A stretch of 64,000 nucleotides of DNA from Alphaproteobacteria bacterium (GTDB lineage Bacteria; Pseudomonadota; Alphaproteobacteria; UBA828), in assembly GCA_963422645.2 (NCBI GenBank), contig CAXXVO010000007.1, positions 736,001-800,000 of the forward strand, written 5' to 3'. The notes below the pieces were generated by a model, which saw nothing but the letters and a program-made list of their open reading frames with translations, was not told where the DNA came from and did not search any database. Made by a program: the position numbers and the translations under genes. Positions 31,139-40,918 of this stretch are shown piece by piece; the stretch's first letter is position 1; every line of letters starts with the position of its first letter.

Positions 31139-32359
31139 ATGGCCAATATCAAGCCAATCCGGTCCGGACGGGACTACGAGGCGGCTTTGGACCGGATCTC
31201 CGAACTCATGGATATAGAGATCGGCAGCCCGGAGGGCGAAGAGCTCGATGTCCTGGTCGATCTCGTTGAACTGTACGAAAGCAAACAAGTGCCGATGGGC
31301 TATCCGAGTCCGGTCGCCGCGATCGAGTTTCGTATGGAACAGGCAGGTCTGCGCCCCGCAGACCTTGCCTCGTTCATCGGAAGCCGCGCTAAGGTCTCGG
31401 AAGTTCTCTCCGGCAAGCGCGCAATCACCATGCCGATGGCGCGCGCGCTGCATGAGCATCTCGGGATTCCGGCGGACGTGCTACTGCAGGAGCCGGGTGT
31501 CGACCTGGACGATCCATGGGTCGACATGGAGTGGAGCCGGTTTCCGGTCAAGTCGATGGCAAAGTTGGGCTGGATTCCGGACAGACCCGATCTAGTGGGA
31601 CGCGCCGAGTACGTCATGCGGGACCTGATCAATCGGGCAGGGGGACTGGATGTCGCGGGCGCCGCGCTCTACCGAAAGAACGATCACGTGCGCGCGAATG
31701 CCAAAATGAACCCCTATGCGCTCGGGGCGTGGTGCTGGCAGATTCTTGCAAGAGCCACCGAGAACCGTCCCAAGGCGGACTATGAACGTGGCACCGTAAC
31801 TTTGGACTTCCTTAGGAAGGTCGCGCGGCTGAGCTGGTCGGAAGACGGTCCGCGGCTGGCGAAGGAGTTGCTGGCCAAGCACGGCATTCCGCTGGTGATC
31901 GAAAAGCATCTGCCGAAGACGTATCTGGATGGGGTGGCACTCCGGCTCGGTGATGGCAGACCGGTAATCGGACTCACTCTTCGCTACGACAGAATCGACA
32001 ATTTCTGGTTCTGCTTGCTGCACGAGTTGGCCCATGTGGGCAGACACATGGACAACGACAGGGGCGAAGCCTTCGTCGACGACTTCACGCTTCGCAAACT
32101 CGATGGGAGACGGGAAGACCCCAGGGAGGCGCAGGCAGACGAATGGGCGGAAGAATCGCTCATTCCGCGCATCGATTGGGAAGCAAGCGCAGTGCGGGAT
32201 CGGCCGACGACCATGGCCGTGATGAATCTCGCCAACGCCCTGCAAGTGCATCCGGCGATCGTCGCAGGGAGGGTTCGATACGAACGGAAGAACTACCGGC
32301 TGTTGTCGCAATTCGTCGGGACCGGCGAGGTCCGGCGACAGTTCGGCATGGGATCCTGA
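31139..32359 (+). CDS. HigA-type HTH antitoxin fused to an ImmA/IrrE-family metallopeptidase
   Basis: N-terminal IKPIR..DYEAAL..SEVLSGKR; C-terminal RYDRIDNFWFCLLHELAH (HExxH) and EAQAD. Confidence 0.88.
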   Translation: MANIKPIRSGRDYEAALDRISELMDIEIGSPEGEELDVLVDLVELYESKQVPMGYPSPVAAIEFRMEQAGLRPADLASFIGSRAKVSEVLSGKRAITMPMARALHEHLGIPADVLLQEPGVDLDDPWVDMEWSRFPVKSMAKLGWIPDRPDLVGRAEYVMRDLINRAGGLDVAGAALYRKNDHVRANAKMNPYALGAWCWQILARATENRPKADYERGTVTLDFLRKVARLSWSEDGPRLAKELLAKHGIPLVIEKHLPKTYLDGVALRLGDGRPVIGLTLRYDRIDNFWFCLLHELAHVGRHMDNDRGEAFVDDFTLRKLDGRREDPREAQADEWAEESLIPRIDWEASAVRDRPTTMAVMNLANALQVHPAIVAGRVRYERKNYRLLSQFVGTGEVRRQFGMGS

Positions 32360-32371
32360 GGTAACGGGCCG

Positions 32372-33319
32372 ATGAACTTCCATAGCGGACTGGGAGCTGG
32401 ACTGTCCTCGCTGCCGCTAGGCGGAGCAATTCGGTGGTACTACGTCCGGCCGCGTTTTCGAGCGTTTCTTGAAAACCTGATGATCACCGAGGATCAGGCC
32501 AACGATGGCGAGACCAAGCATCGGGGTGTCGTTTCCTGCCTGAACCGCGGCTACTGGAACAGCAGCGACGATGCCTTACACCGAATTCTGATCGGCTCCT
32601 GGGGGAAGTTCACCCGGGTTCGCCCGCCGCGTGATGTCGACATTCTCTATGTCCTGCCGGTAGAGGTGTACTGGCGATTTGAGCAACGCTCGGGCAATCG
32701 GCAGTCGCAGCTCTTGCAGGAAGTGAAGATCTGCCTTCAGACCACCTATCCGCAGACCGACGTTCGAGGGGACGGGCAGGTAGTCGTCGTGCCCTTCAAT
32801 TCGTGCAAGGTGGAGGTTGCGCCGGCTTTCCCCTGCCAGGGAGGCGGTTACCTCGTATGCGACACCCACGAAGGCGGACGCTACAAGTGGGTCCATCCGG
32901 AAGCGGAGATTGCCGCGCTCGATGGCGCCGATACAGCGCTGAACGGCAACGTGGGGAAACTCACGCGGATGCTCAAACAGTGGCAGCGCCACTGCAACGT
33001 GCCCATCAAGTCGTTCCAGATCGAAGCGCTCATTATGGAAGTGTTGCCGCGCTTGATCTACGGCGGCCGTGATGAATTCTGGTTCGACTGGCTGGTGCGG
33101 GATGTCTTGGGTCACATGATCAGCCGTGCCAACGGTTGGTTCACGATGCCGGTCACTGGCGAAGTGATCCAACTCGGAGATGCGTGGCTCAGCAAGGCTT
33201 CGAGCGCCCATGGGCGCGCGCTCAGGGCCTGCGTATTTGAAGACGGGAACTGGGAAACTCTGGCAGGTGACGAGTGGCAGAAGATCTTCGGCACGATGAT
33301 CCCGACGAAGATCGGTTGA
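32372..33319 (+). CDS. SMODS/cGAS-DncV-like nucleotidyltransferase (CD-NTase)
   Basis: LIGSWGK.T.VRPPRDVD (hGS...DxD), DGQVVVV, EVAPAF, RMLKQW, KSFQIE, WQKIFG. Confidence 0.88.
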   Translation: MNFHSGLGAGLSSLPLGGAIRWYYVRPRFRAFLENLMITEDQANDGETKHRGVVSCLNRGYWNSSDDALHRILIGSWGKFTRVRPPRDVDILYVLPVEVYWRFEQRSGNRQSQLLQEVKICLQTTYPQTDVRGDGQVVVVPFNSCKVEVAPAFPCQGGGYLVCDTHEGGRYKWVHPEAEIAALDGADTALNGNVGKLTRMLKQWQRHCNVPIKSFQIEALIMEVLPRLIYGGRDEFWFDWLVRDVLGHMISRANGWFTMPVTGEVIQLGDAWLSKASSAHGRALRACVFEDGNWETLAGDEWQKIFGTMIPTKIG

Positions 33320-33816
33320 GCGAGGCGTCCGCCACGCTCGTACGCGAATGCGAGGTGGAAGAGCGTAACTGCCTCTATACCTCGACGAGCTTCTTCATTT
33401 GGGTGCGCTGTCTGCGCTACCTGCGAGGCGCGCTCTGGATCGGCGCAGTCGCAGGGAGCGCGGTCGCGGCTTCGCACATTCTGCGGGGTGATCCCTCGTA
33501 TCGAATTCTCATGGCGGCAGCGGCGTTGGCGGCGGTGATCCTCCCCGGCATCGGTCGTGCCGTGCGCATCGATGCTGCGATCCGCGATTACGCCGCCGCT
33601 GCGGCCGCGTTCAAGAATTTGCAGAGCGAGTTCAGGCGGGCGGCGCAGGTTTGGTCGCTGAAGCCTTATCCCGAGTTTGAATCAGAAGCGCGCAAATTGT
33701 TCCGTTTGATGAATGAGGCGCGCAAGCCGTCCCTCACGCCCCCGGAGTTCTGCTTCCGTCTCGCGCGATGGAAGATCAGGCGGGGCCACTATGAGAATGA
33801 CGAGAACTCGAAATGA
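33316..33816 (+). CDS. SLATT-like two-TM membrane effector
   Basis: TTGA overlap with the CD-NTase stop; two hydrophobic segments followed by a helical C-terminus ending ARWKIRRGHY. Confidence 0.7.
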   Translation: MSEASATLVRECEVEERNCLYTSTSFFIWVRCLRYLRGALWIGAVAGSAVAASHILRGDPSYRILMAAAALAAVILPGIGRAVRIDAAIRDYAAAAAAFKNLQSEFRRAAQVWSLKPYPEFESEARKLFRLMNEARKPSLTPPEFCFRLARWKIRRGHYENDENSK

Positions 33817-33915
33817 GTGGTCGAATCGGCGCCAAGTGGTTTCCTGCGGGTTGGGATCGTGGTTAGCGCTGAGCGGAGGCAACAGTTGGAGAAGGAGTTG
33901 ACCTCGGCGAGATAC

Positions 33916-34188
33916 TTAAGGGTTTTGAACCTCGAGATCGTCGCCGTCTGTATGGGATAGAAAAGGTTCAAGTATTCGCACGGAATAAGCGATAGTTAGC
34001 AACTGTTCCGTGGTCACTGGCCTAGAGTGAAATTCATAATTGCGGTGAGGACTTAAGGCACGGATTCGACCCGTCACCTTTTTCAACGTTGTACCATGGT
34101 GAGCAAAGTAGTCAGACCAATGTGCCGTCAGAATATCGGCGAGTTCGGCAAACTCAGCGTAAAAAATGAGATCGTGTACCGCTAGATT
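33916..34188 (-). pseudogene. Swt1-like HEPN RNase, C-terminal fragment (5' part removed at the IS-X end)
   Basis: Manual translation: DLIFYAEFAELADILTAHWSDYF...IRALSPHRNYEFHSRPV (RxxxxH motif). Confidence 0.6.
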
Positions 34189-34408
34189 CAGACTTCCTGA
34201 CCTCGTGATGCTGGCTGTTCTGGGCAGCGTGCCGGGAACTCCTTGAATTCTGATACATTTCGGTTGTTTCAGGCGGTTTTTCGCTGGGTGTCGCGCCCGA
34301 GTGTTGTTAAGCGTGGAAAAGTGACCCCCTATTGGGGGTGATCGGCGTCCAAAATTGACCCCCTTGGATTTGTGTCCATGAACACACCTCGTCGTTTGGA
34401 CGGACGGG

Positions 34409-35935
34409 GTGGTGGGGGAGATGCTGGTTGTGGAAACGATCGCGAAGATCCGTCGGGATCATCTGGTGAAGGGCGTTCCGATCAAGAAGCTCGCCCGGGA
34501 TTTGAGGGTTTCCAAGAACACGATACGCAAGGTGGTGCGGGGCGATGCGACCTCGCACAGCTACGAGCGCAAGATCCAGCCGATGCCGAAGCTTGGGCTG
34601 TGGGTGGAGGAGCTTGAGCGCCAGCTGAAGGCCAACGAGAAGAAGGCACGCAAGGATCGGCTGTCTCTTCTGCGGATTCATGAAGACCTTGTGTCGCTGG
34701 GCTACAAGGGCGGCTATGACGCGGTTCGCCGCTATGCCAGGGCCTGGCGGCGCCGGTGGCGGCTGTTGTCGCCGGCGCAGGCCTATGTGCCGCTGATCTT
34801 CGATCCCGGCGAGGCCTACCAGTTCGACTGGAGCCACGAGTACGCGCGTCTGTCGGGCGCGACGACCAGGGTGAAGGCGGCGCACATGCGGCTGTGCCAC
34901 AGCCGGATGTATCTGGTCCAGATCTTTCCCCGCGAGAGCCAGGAGATGGTCTTCGAGGCGCACGAGCGTGCCTTCCGCTTCTTCGGCGGGGTCTGCCGGC
35001 GGGGCATCTACGACAACATGAAGACGGCGGTGAGCACGATCTTCGTGGGCAAGAAGCGGGACTACAACCGCCGCTTCCAGGAGCTGTGCTCGCACCATCT
35101 GGTGGAGCCTGTGGCGTGCACGCCAGGGGCTGGCTGGGAGAAGGGGCAGGTCGAGAAGCAGGTGGGTGACCTTCGCGGCCGCCTGTTCGTGCCCATCCCG
35201 CGGGGCCGCTCCTACGCCGAGATCAACGAGTGGCTGATGGATCGGTGCATCGAGGACGCCAAGAAGCATCCGCATCCGACAATCCCGGGCAAGACGGTGT
35301 GGCAGGTGTTCGAGGAGGAGCAGCCCTTCCTGATGGCGTATCGCGGCCCCTTCGACGGCTTCCATGCCAGCGAGGTGTCGGTCTCGAAGACCTGTCTGGT
35401 GCGCTTCGACAACAACCAGTACAGCGTCGCGGCCCGCGCCGTCGGCCGGCCGGTGGACGTGCGGGCCTATGCCGATCGGATCGTCATCCGCCAGGACGGC
35501 GAGACCGTTGCCGAGCACCCCCGCAGCTTCGGGCGCGGCCGGTTCGTCTACGATCCGTGGCATTACGTGCCGATCCTGACGCGGAAGCCCGGCGCGCTAC
35601 GCAATGGCGCGCCCTTCAAGGACTGGCAGTTGCCCAACGCGCTCGGCCGCCTGCGAACCCGGCTCGCGGGCCACGACGACGGCGACCGGCAGTTCGTCAA
35701 GGTGCTCGCGGCGGTGCTGGAGGACGGACTGGAGGCGGTTGAGGCGGCCTGTGCCGAGACGCTCGACTGCGGTGCCTGCAGCGCCGACGTGGTGCTCAAC
35801 ATCCTCGCCCGGCAGCGCCAGCCGGCACCGCCGGCAATCATCCCGACGCCCGAGGGCCTGCAGCTTCGCCACAAGCCGGTAGCCGACTGTCAGCGCTACG
35901 ACAGCCTGAGGGAGGCCGGTCATGGAGCGTCATGA
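34409..35935 (+). CDS. istA: IS21 transposase
   Basis: Identical protein to 27864-29390. Confidence 0.93.
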   Translation: MVGEMLVVETIAKIRRDHLVKGVPIKKLARDLRVSKNTIRKVVRGDATSHSYERKIQPMPKLGLWVEELERQLKANEKKARKDRLSLLRIHEDLVSLGYKGGYDAVRRYARAWRRRWRLLSPAQAYVPLIFDPGEAYQFDWSHEYARLSGATTRVKAAHMRLCHSRMYLVQIFPRESQEMVFEAHERAFRFFGGVCRRGIYDNMKTAVSTIFVGKKRDYNRRFQELCSHHLVEPVACTPGAGWEKGQVEKQVGDLRGRLFVPIPRGRSYAEINEWLMDRCIEDAKKHPHPTIPGKTVWQVFEEEQPFLMAYRGPFDGFHASEVSVSKTCLVRFDNNQYSVAARAVGRPVDVRAYADRIVIRQDGETVAEHPRSFGRGRFVYDPWHYVPILTRKPGALRNGAPFKDWQLPNALGRLRTRLAGHDDGDRQFVKVLAAVLEDGLEAVEAACAETLDCGACSADVVLNILARQRQPAPPAIIPTPEGLQLRHKPVADCQRYDSLREAGHGAS

Positions 35936-36650
35936 TGTGCTGGAGATGATGACCCAGCTGAAGCTCGCAGGTATGCGCGCCGCTTACGACGACATCCTTG
36001 CCGACGGGCTCAAGCGCCGCCATCCGGTGCAACAGATCATCGGTACGCTGCTGCAGGTCGAGATCGCCGACAAGAGGGCCCGCTCGATCAAGTACCAGAT
36101 GGCCTCCGCCAAGCTGCCGACGGTCAAGGAGCTGGCCGACTTCGACTTCGCCGCCTCGCCGGTCAACGAGCCCCTGATCCAGGAGCTCGCCGGCGGCGGC
36201 TTCCTCGAGGGCAAACGCAACATCGTGCTGGTCGGCGGCACCGGTACCGGCAAGACCCATCTCGCCGTCGCCATCGCGCGGTCCTGCATCCGCAAGGGCG
36301 CGCGCGGCCGGTGCTACAACGTCGTCGACCTGGTCAACCTCCTCGAGGCCGAGCTTCGCGCCGGACGCCAGGGCCGCACTGCAGACCAGCTCGTCCGCCG
36401 CGACTTCGTCATCCTCGACGAGCTCGGCTACCTGCCCTTCGCCCAGGCCGGTGGGCAGCTGCTCTTCCATCTGATGAGCCGGCTCTACGAGCGCACCTCG
36501 ATCGTCATCACCACAAACCTCGCCTTCGGCGAATGGCCATCCGTCTTCGGCGACCCCAAGATGACCACAGCGCTGCTCGATCGCCTCACCCATCATTGCG
36601 AGATCATCGAGACCGGCAACGAGAGCTGGCGCTTCAAGAACCGCTCCTGA
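35922..36650 (+). CDS. istB: IS21 helper ATPase
   Basis: Identical protein to 29377-30105. Confidence 0.95.
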   Translation: MERHDVLEMMTQLKLAGMRAAYDDILADGLKRRHPVQQIIGTLLQVEIADKRARSIKYQMASAKLPTVKELADFDFAASPVNEPLIQELAGGGFLEGKRNIVLVGGTGTGKTHLAVAIARSCIRKGARGRCYNVVDLVNLLEAELRAGRQGRTADQLVRRDFVILDELGYLPFAQAGGQLLFHLMSRLYERTSIVITTNLAFGEWPSVFGDPKMTTALLDRLTHHCEIIETGNESWRFKNRS

Positions 36651-37167
36651 CCCGCCGCCGGCCTCCCTTGCGGCCCGGTTGCCCCGGTGGGCCAACAGGG
36701 ACCCCCCACGCGGCTTCGCTCCGCGTAGCGCAGGGCGCCACACGAAGCCGCGCGGGTCCCCCCTATTGGCTACCGGGACAACCTCCGCCGTGCCACTCAG
36801 GGGGGTCAATTTTGCACGCCGATCGGGGGTCAGTATTGAAAGCCGATTGACACTCGGGCGCGACACCCAGCGAAAAACCGCCTGAAACAACCGAAATGTA
36901 TCAGAATTCAAGGAGTTCCCGGCACGCTGCCCAGAACAGCCAGCATCACGAGGTCAGGAAGTCTGAGGCTAGGGCTGATCGGCGCTACAACGTGTTGATT
37001 CACTTCGATTCCGAGGGGTCAAAGGGCGACACCGAGCAACAGTCGGCGCTGGGCTCGTATTCCAACTGAATAATCATCGTGCCAGCGCCCCCGTGCCGAT
37101 TGCCCACATAACGCCGACACGGCCGTTTCAGCCCTGCTTCGAAACCCACCTAACCCATTGAAAAGAT

Positions 37168-37213
37168 TGGTGGGCGCACTAGGACTCGAACCTAGGACCC
37201 GCTGATTAAGAGT
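37168..37213 (-). other. att site: 3' half of tRNA-Lys(CTT)
   Basis: Minus strand ACTCTTAATCAGCGGGTCCTAGGTTCGAGTCCTAGTGCGCCCACCA (anticodon loop, T-arm, CCA). No 5' half; next to the integrase. Confidence 0.85.
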
Positions 37214-37374
37214 TTGCGTTTTGGTGTTCACGTCGGCGCACGAGCGTTCATGGGTATCATCATAAATATCTGTAAAATAGAAGTATTTTACGACCGCGTT
37301 TAGCGGTTGCACACGAGCGCTCACGAGCATATCGTGGCGTTCTTGTGACATCCTTGTGACACGCGAGGCCAGAC

Positions 37375-38550
37375 ATGCTTACCGAGCGCATCATCCGAGA
37401 CGCCAAATCGGACGGAAAAGCCCGCACAATTTGGGACGCCCAGGTGAAGGGTTTAGGCGTTCAAATCACGCAAGGCGGCAAAAAGAATTTCGTTCTGCGC
37501 TACAAGGGCAGCACCGGCATGCGGCAAGCGATCATCGCCCGGTGCAACGAGATATCGCTGAGGGATGCCCGCTCGCGGGCCGGCCGGGAACTGGCCAATA
37601 TCAGGGCGGGCGAGACCGACCCGCTAAGCCGTCGCGAACAAGCCATACAGGCGCCGACGATGGCCGAACTATGGTCACGCTTCGAGACCGAGTTCGCGCC
37701 CGACCGAATCGCCGTCGGGCGTATGACCGAGCGCACCCTGACCGAGTACCGCAAGGCAGCGCGGCGACATCTACTCCCCGCCCTCGGTCGCAAGCGCGTC
37801 GCCGACGTGAAGCGAGCCGACATCGAGCGCATGGTGAAGGGGATGGCGTCGACCCCATCGGCGCGCAACAGGCTACTTGCCCTGACCAGCCGGTTGTTCT
37901 CGTTGGCGGAGGTGTGGGAGCTACGGCCGCAGTCCACTAATCCCGTCAAGGGCATCGTCCGGGCGAGGGAAGATGCGCGGGATCGCGTGCTCTCTGACAG
38001 TGAGCTTACCGCACTAGGGCAGGCGCTGGACAAGCTACAGGAACAGCACTCCGTCGCCGTCGTTGCCATCAAGGTGGCAGCGCTATCGGCTTGGCGTATC
38101 TCCGAAGTGCTGAATCTCCGATGGTCCGACATCAGCTTTGAGCGCGGCGTTGCCACATTGCCCGAGACGAAGACAGGCAGACAGGTTCGGCCGCTGCCCT
38201 CTACGGCACTGGACCTGCTGGCAGCTATGCCCCGGATCAACGGCGTCGATTGGGTGTTCTCCATCCGCCGGGGAGTCCCTACCCGTTACCGCCACGTCCG
38301 GGCTGTCTTTGCGCAGGCCGTCGAGGCGGCCGGTCTGGACGATGTTCGGATGCACGACCTACGTCGTTCCTTGGCGACCCGCGCCGCAGCATCGGGCGTA
38401 AGCCTGCCAGTGCTCCGCGACGTGCTTGGCCACGCTCAAATCACGATGGCGGCGAGATACGCGAGGATGGCGGACGCAGCCGTTGCGGCTGCCATAGAGA
38501 CAACGGGCGGGGGCGTAGCCGCTGCGCTTGACGGTCGCAAGCGGACTTGA
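37375..38550 (+). CDS. int: Tyrosine integrase with Arm-binding domain
   Basis: WRISEV, TKTG, HDLRRS, LGH, RY catalytic residues. Confidence 0.93.
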   Translation: MLTERIIRDAKSDGKARTIWDAQVKGLGVQITQGGKKNFVLRYKGSTGMRQAIIARCNEISLRDARSRAGRELANIRAGETDPLSRREQAIQAPTMAELWSRFETEFAPDRIAVGRMTERTLTEYRKAARRHLLPALGRKRVADVKRADIERMVKGMASTPSARNRLLALTSRLFSLAEVWELRPQSTNPVKGIVRAREDARDRVLSDSELTALGQALDKLQEQHSVAVVAIKVAALSAWRISEVLNLRWSDISFERGVATLPETKTGRQVRPLPSTALDLLAAMPRINGVDWVFSIRRGVPTRYRHVRAVFAQAVEAAGLDDVRMHDLRRSLATRAAASGVSLPVLRDVLGHAQITMAARYARMADAAVAAAIETTGGGVAAALDGRKRT

Positions 38551-38652
38551 CCCGCCACGACGTACCCTGTATGTTCCTATCGTCGGCGCGAAGGCAGCGC
38601 GACGACCCGCAGAAAGGGACAAGTAACGTGGTTCACTTTCTGCCGGGAGTCG

Positions 38653-38874
38653 GTGCCGATGTTCGACGAGACCAAGCTATACCTGAACACCGATGAGGCG
38701 CTCGACGTCATCGCGCCTCGCCACACGCGCAACGACTGGCGCTACAAGGGCGTCGGACCCGCCTACATCAAGCTCGGTGGCCTGCGCATAGCCTACAGCG
38801 GCAAGGACCTGAACGAGTGGCTTCGCGAGCGCCGCATCGAACCTGCCGACCGACTGGTGCCAGCCGCAGCCTAA
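38653..38874 (+). CDS. Excisionase/AlpA-like HTH protein
   Basis: DWRYKGVGPAYIKLGG..IAY..DLNEWL. Confidence 0.8.
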   Translation: MPMFDETKLYLNTDEALDVIAPRHTRNDWRYKGVGPAYIKLGGLRIAYSGKDLNEWLRERRIEPADRLVPAAA

Positions 38875-38949
38875 CAAAACAGTCATGGTCCCCGCGGTTC
38901 TGAGCCACCCCGTGGCATGAAACAGGAGCGGTTCGGCTGACGTTTTCCT

Positions 38950-39200
38950 TGCGCTTGCACCCATTTGCCGTGTCAGGATGGGTATTGGCGGAGGTGGGGA
39001 CGTGTGAGCGTCGTTATATCGGTGACGTAGTTCCCGATGACAAAACTGCTTCCGGCGGCCGGCTCCGCACCCCGTATTGTACCCGGCCCGTGGCCGTGGA
39101 CGCGCGGCAAATTGCACCGCACCCGCTCGTCGGATGCGTGTTCTTCCGACCGCTGTCCCCGCCTCCACCGTGGCGATGCCACGGCGTGATCGTACGCCGC
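38950..39200 (+). ncRNA. Candidate IS110 bridge RNA (boundaries approximate)
   Basis: Segments matching the target and donor junctions, in the expected order, separated by hairpins (see finding). Confidence 0.5.
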
Positions 39201-39201
39201 C

Positions 39202-40482
39202 GTGGCGAGAGCGCAAATGAGGAGGAAGGCGATGAAGACGGAAGGCTTGCACGTCGTCCGGCCGCGCGCGGCGGGTCTGGACGTGCACAAGATGGAGATC
39301 ACCGCGACGGTTCGCCTCTGTGAGGGCGAGGGTGAGCCGGTGGTGGAGACGCGCTGCTTCGGCACGCTGCCGAGCGGTCTGGAGGAGATGGTCGCGTGGC
39401 TGACCGGTCACGGCGTCGAGGCTGCGGTGATGGAAGGGACCGGGGTCTACTGGCAGGCGCCCTTCGCGGCCCTGGAGGCGGCCGGGCTCGAGGCGATCCT
39501 GGTGCATGCGCGTCAGGTGAAGCAGTTGAAGGGGCGCAAGACCGACGTGGCGGACAGCGTGTGGCTGGCCTGCGTGTGCCAGTTCGGGCTCTGCACGCCT
39601 TCCCACGTTCCGCCTGAGCCGTTCCGGGAGCTGCGCGCACTGAGCCGCCAGCGCCGCGTCCTGGTCAGGCAGCGCTCCGCCGTGCGCAACCGCGTGCAGA
39701 AGATCATCGACCGCGCCGGTGCGCGCATCGGCGGCATCCTCTCCGACGTCTTCGGCGTCAACGGCCGGAAGATCCTCGACGGCCTGGCGCAGGGGACGGC
39801 GCGCGAGGTCATCCTCGCCTCGCTCACCAGCCACGTTGCGAACAAGCTGGAGGGGCTCGGCGAGGCGCTCACCCTGAGCCTGGGCGACAACGACCGCTTC
39901 ATGCTCAACGACCTGCTGGAGGAGCATGACGCGCTTGAGGCGCGCATCGCGTCCTACACCAGGAAGATCGACGGGCAGATGACACCGTGGGAGGAGCAGC
40001 TCCGTCTGCTGACCACCATCCCCGGCATCGACCGCACCGCCGCCTCGACCATCCTCATCGAGATCGGCCCCGACATCGGCGTGTTCGCCTCCAAGGAGCA
40101 CTTCGCCGCCTGGGCCGGGCTCTGCCCCGGCAACAACGAGAGCGGGGGCAAGCGCCGCAACGCACGCACCCGCATGGGCTCCAAGACCCTGCGCGCCTGC
40201 CTCGTCGAGTGTGCCCACGGCGCGGCCCGAACCAAGGGGTGCCAGTTCGAGGCTCATCACCGCGCCCTCGCCGCCCGGCGCGGCTACAAGCGCGCCATCG
40301 TCGCCGGCGCTCACAAGATGCTGCGCATCATCTATGTGGTGCTCAAGACCGGCAGGCCCTACTACGACCGCACGGCCGACTACGACGCTCTGATGGTCAA
40401 GCGCAACGCTCCTCGGTGGATCCGCATGCTCCGCCGCTACGGCTACATCGAGCCCGTAGGCGCGGAACTCAAGGCCGCCTGA
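39202..40482 (+). CDS. IS110-family recombinase
   Basis: GLDVHK, MEGTGVYW, KTDVAD (DEDD); TIPGI, AWAGLCP.NNESGGK (catalytic Ser). Confidence 0.93.
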   Translation: MARAQMRRKAMKTEGLHVVRPRAAGLDVHKMEITATVRLCEGEGEPVVETRCFGTLPSGLEEMVAWLTGHGVEAAVMEGTGVYWQAPFAALEAAGLEAILVHARQVKQLKGRKTDVADSVWLACVCQFGLCTPSHVPPEPFRELRALSRQRRVLVRQRSAVRNRVQKIIDRAGARIGGILSDVFGVNGRKILDGLAQGTAREVILASLTSHVANKLEGLGEALTLSLGDNDRFMLNDLLEEHDALEARIASYTRKIDGQMTPWEEQLRLLTTIPGIDRTAASTILIEIGPDIGVFASKEHFAAWAGLCPGNNESGGKRRNARTRMGSKTLRACLVECAHGAARTKGCQFEAHHRALAARRGYKRAIVAGAHKMLRIIYVVLKTGRPYYDRTADYDALMVKRNAPRWIRMLRRYGYIEPVGAELKAA

Positions 40483-40918
40483 GCGGCCCGCATCTCGTCA
40501 GCCGGCTACGCGGGACCGCTTCGGACCACATCGGGGAAGTCCACCGCTCGTCTCCGCCGCGCCGACCCTGGCGGTCTCAGCCAACGCCGTGACCTCGGGG
40601 TTGGAGCGTCACCGCGCGTCCCTCGCCAGAATCTGTTTCACGGCAAATGAGTAACTGCCCAGGTTCTTGCTGTGAAAATTCTCTGGGATTCGGCACAACG
40701 CTACCCACGCGACGCCCGTGTGCTCCTCTGGGGTCGCCGGGTTTCACAGCTCACGATGCCCCTCTTGCGGACTGCGACCGGTAAGCTACCCCGATGTGGC
40801 CCGAAGTCCGCCCGCGCGACGGGCACCGATTTTCATTCTATGGGGTGGTCCAGCACGGCGTCGACCATGATCGTTTATGAGAATGGCTCCGCTGTTGGAG
40901 AACCCGTGCCAGGTGAGC

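Larger units (their letters stand above)
34302..36852 (+). mobile_element. IS21-family element, copy 2
   Basis: Same ends and identical ORF translations as copy 1 (offset 6545 bp). Confidence 0.92.
34189..36965. repeat. Two inverted 113-bp IS-X left ends enclosing IS21 copy 2
   Basis: 34189-34301 is the reverse complement of 36853-36965. Confidence 0.9.
38880..40647 (+). mobile_element. IS110-family element
   Basis: Splits the CAAAATGA TSD of the adjacent IS66 with an AA(A) core; internal TGAAACAG / CTGTTTCA inverted motif; long non-coding ends. Confidence 0.8.

Noticed and set aside
30738-36970. AGGCT after both 30737 and 36965 as a TSD of a composite transposon
   Set aside because: Both copies follow a same-orientation end rather than flanking one element; this fits the AnnnT target preference or a rearrangement.
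37168-37213. Complete tRNA-Lys gene
   Set aside because: Only the anticodon loop to CCA is present; the D-arm and 5' acceptor strand are missing, so it is an att fragment.
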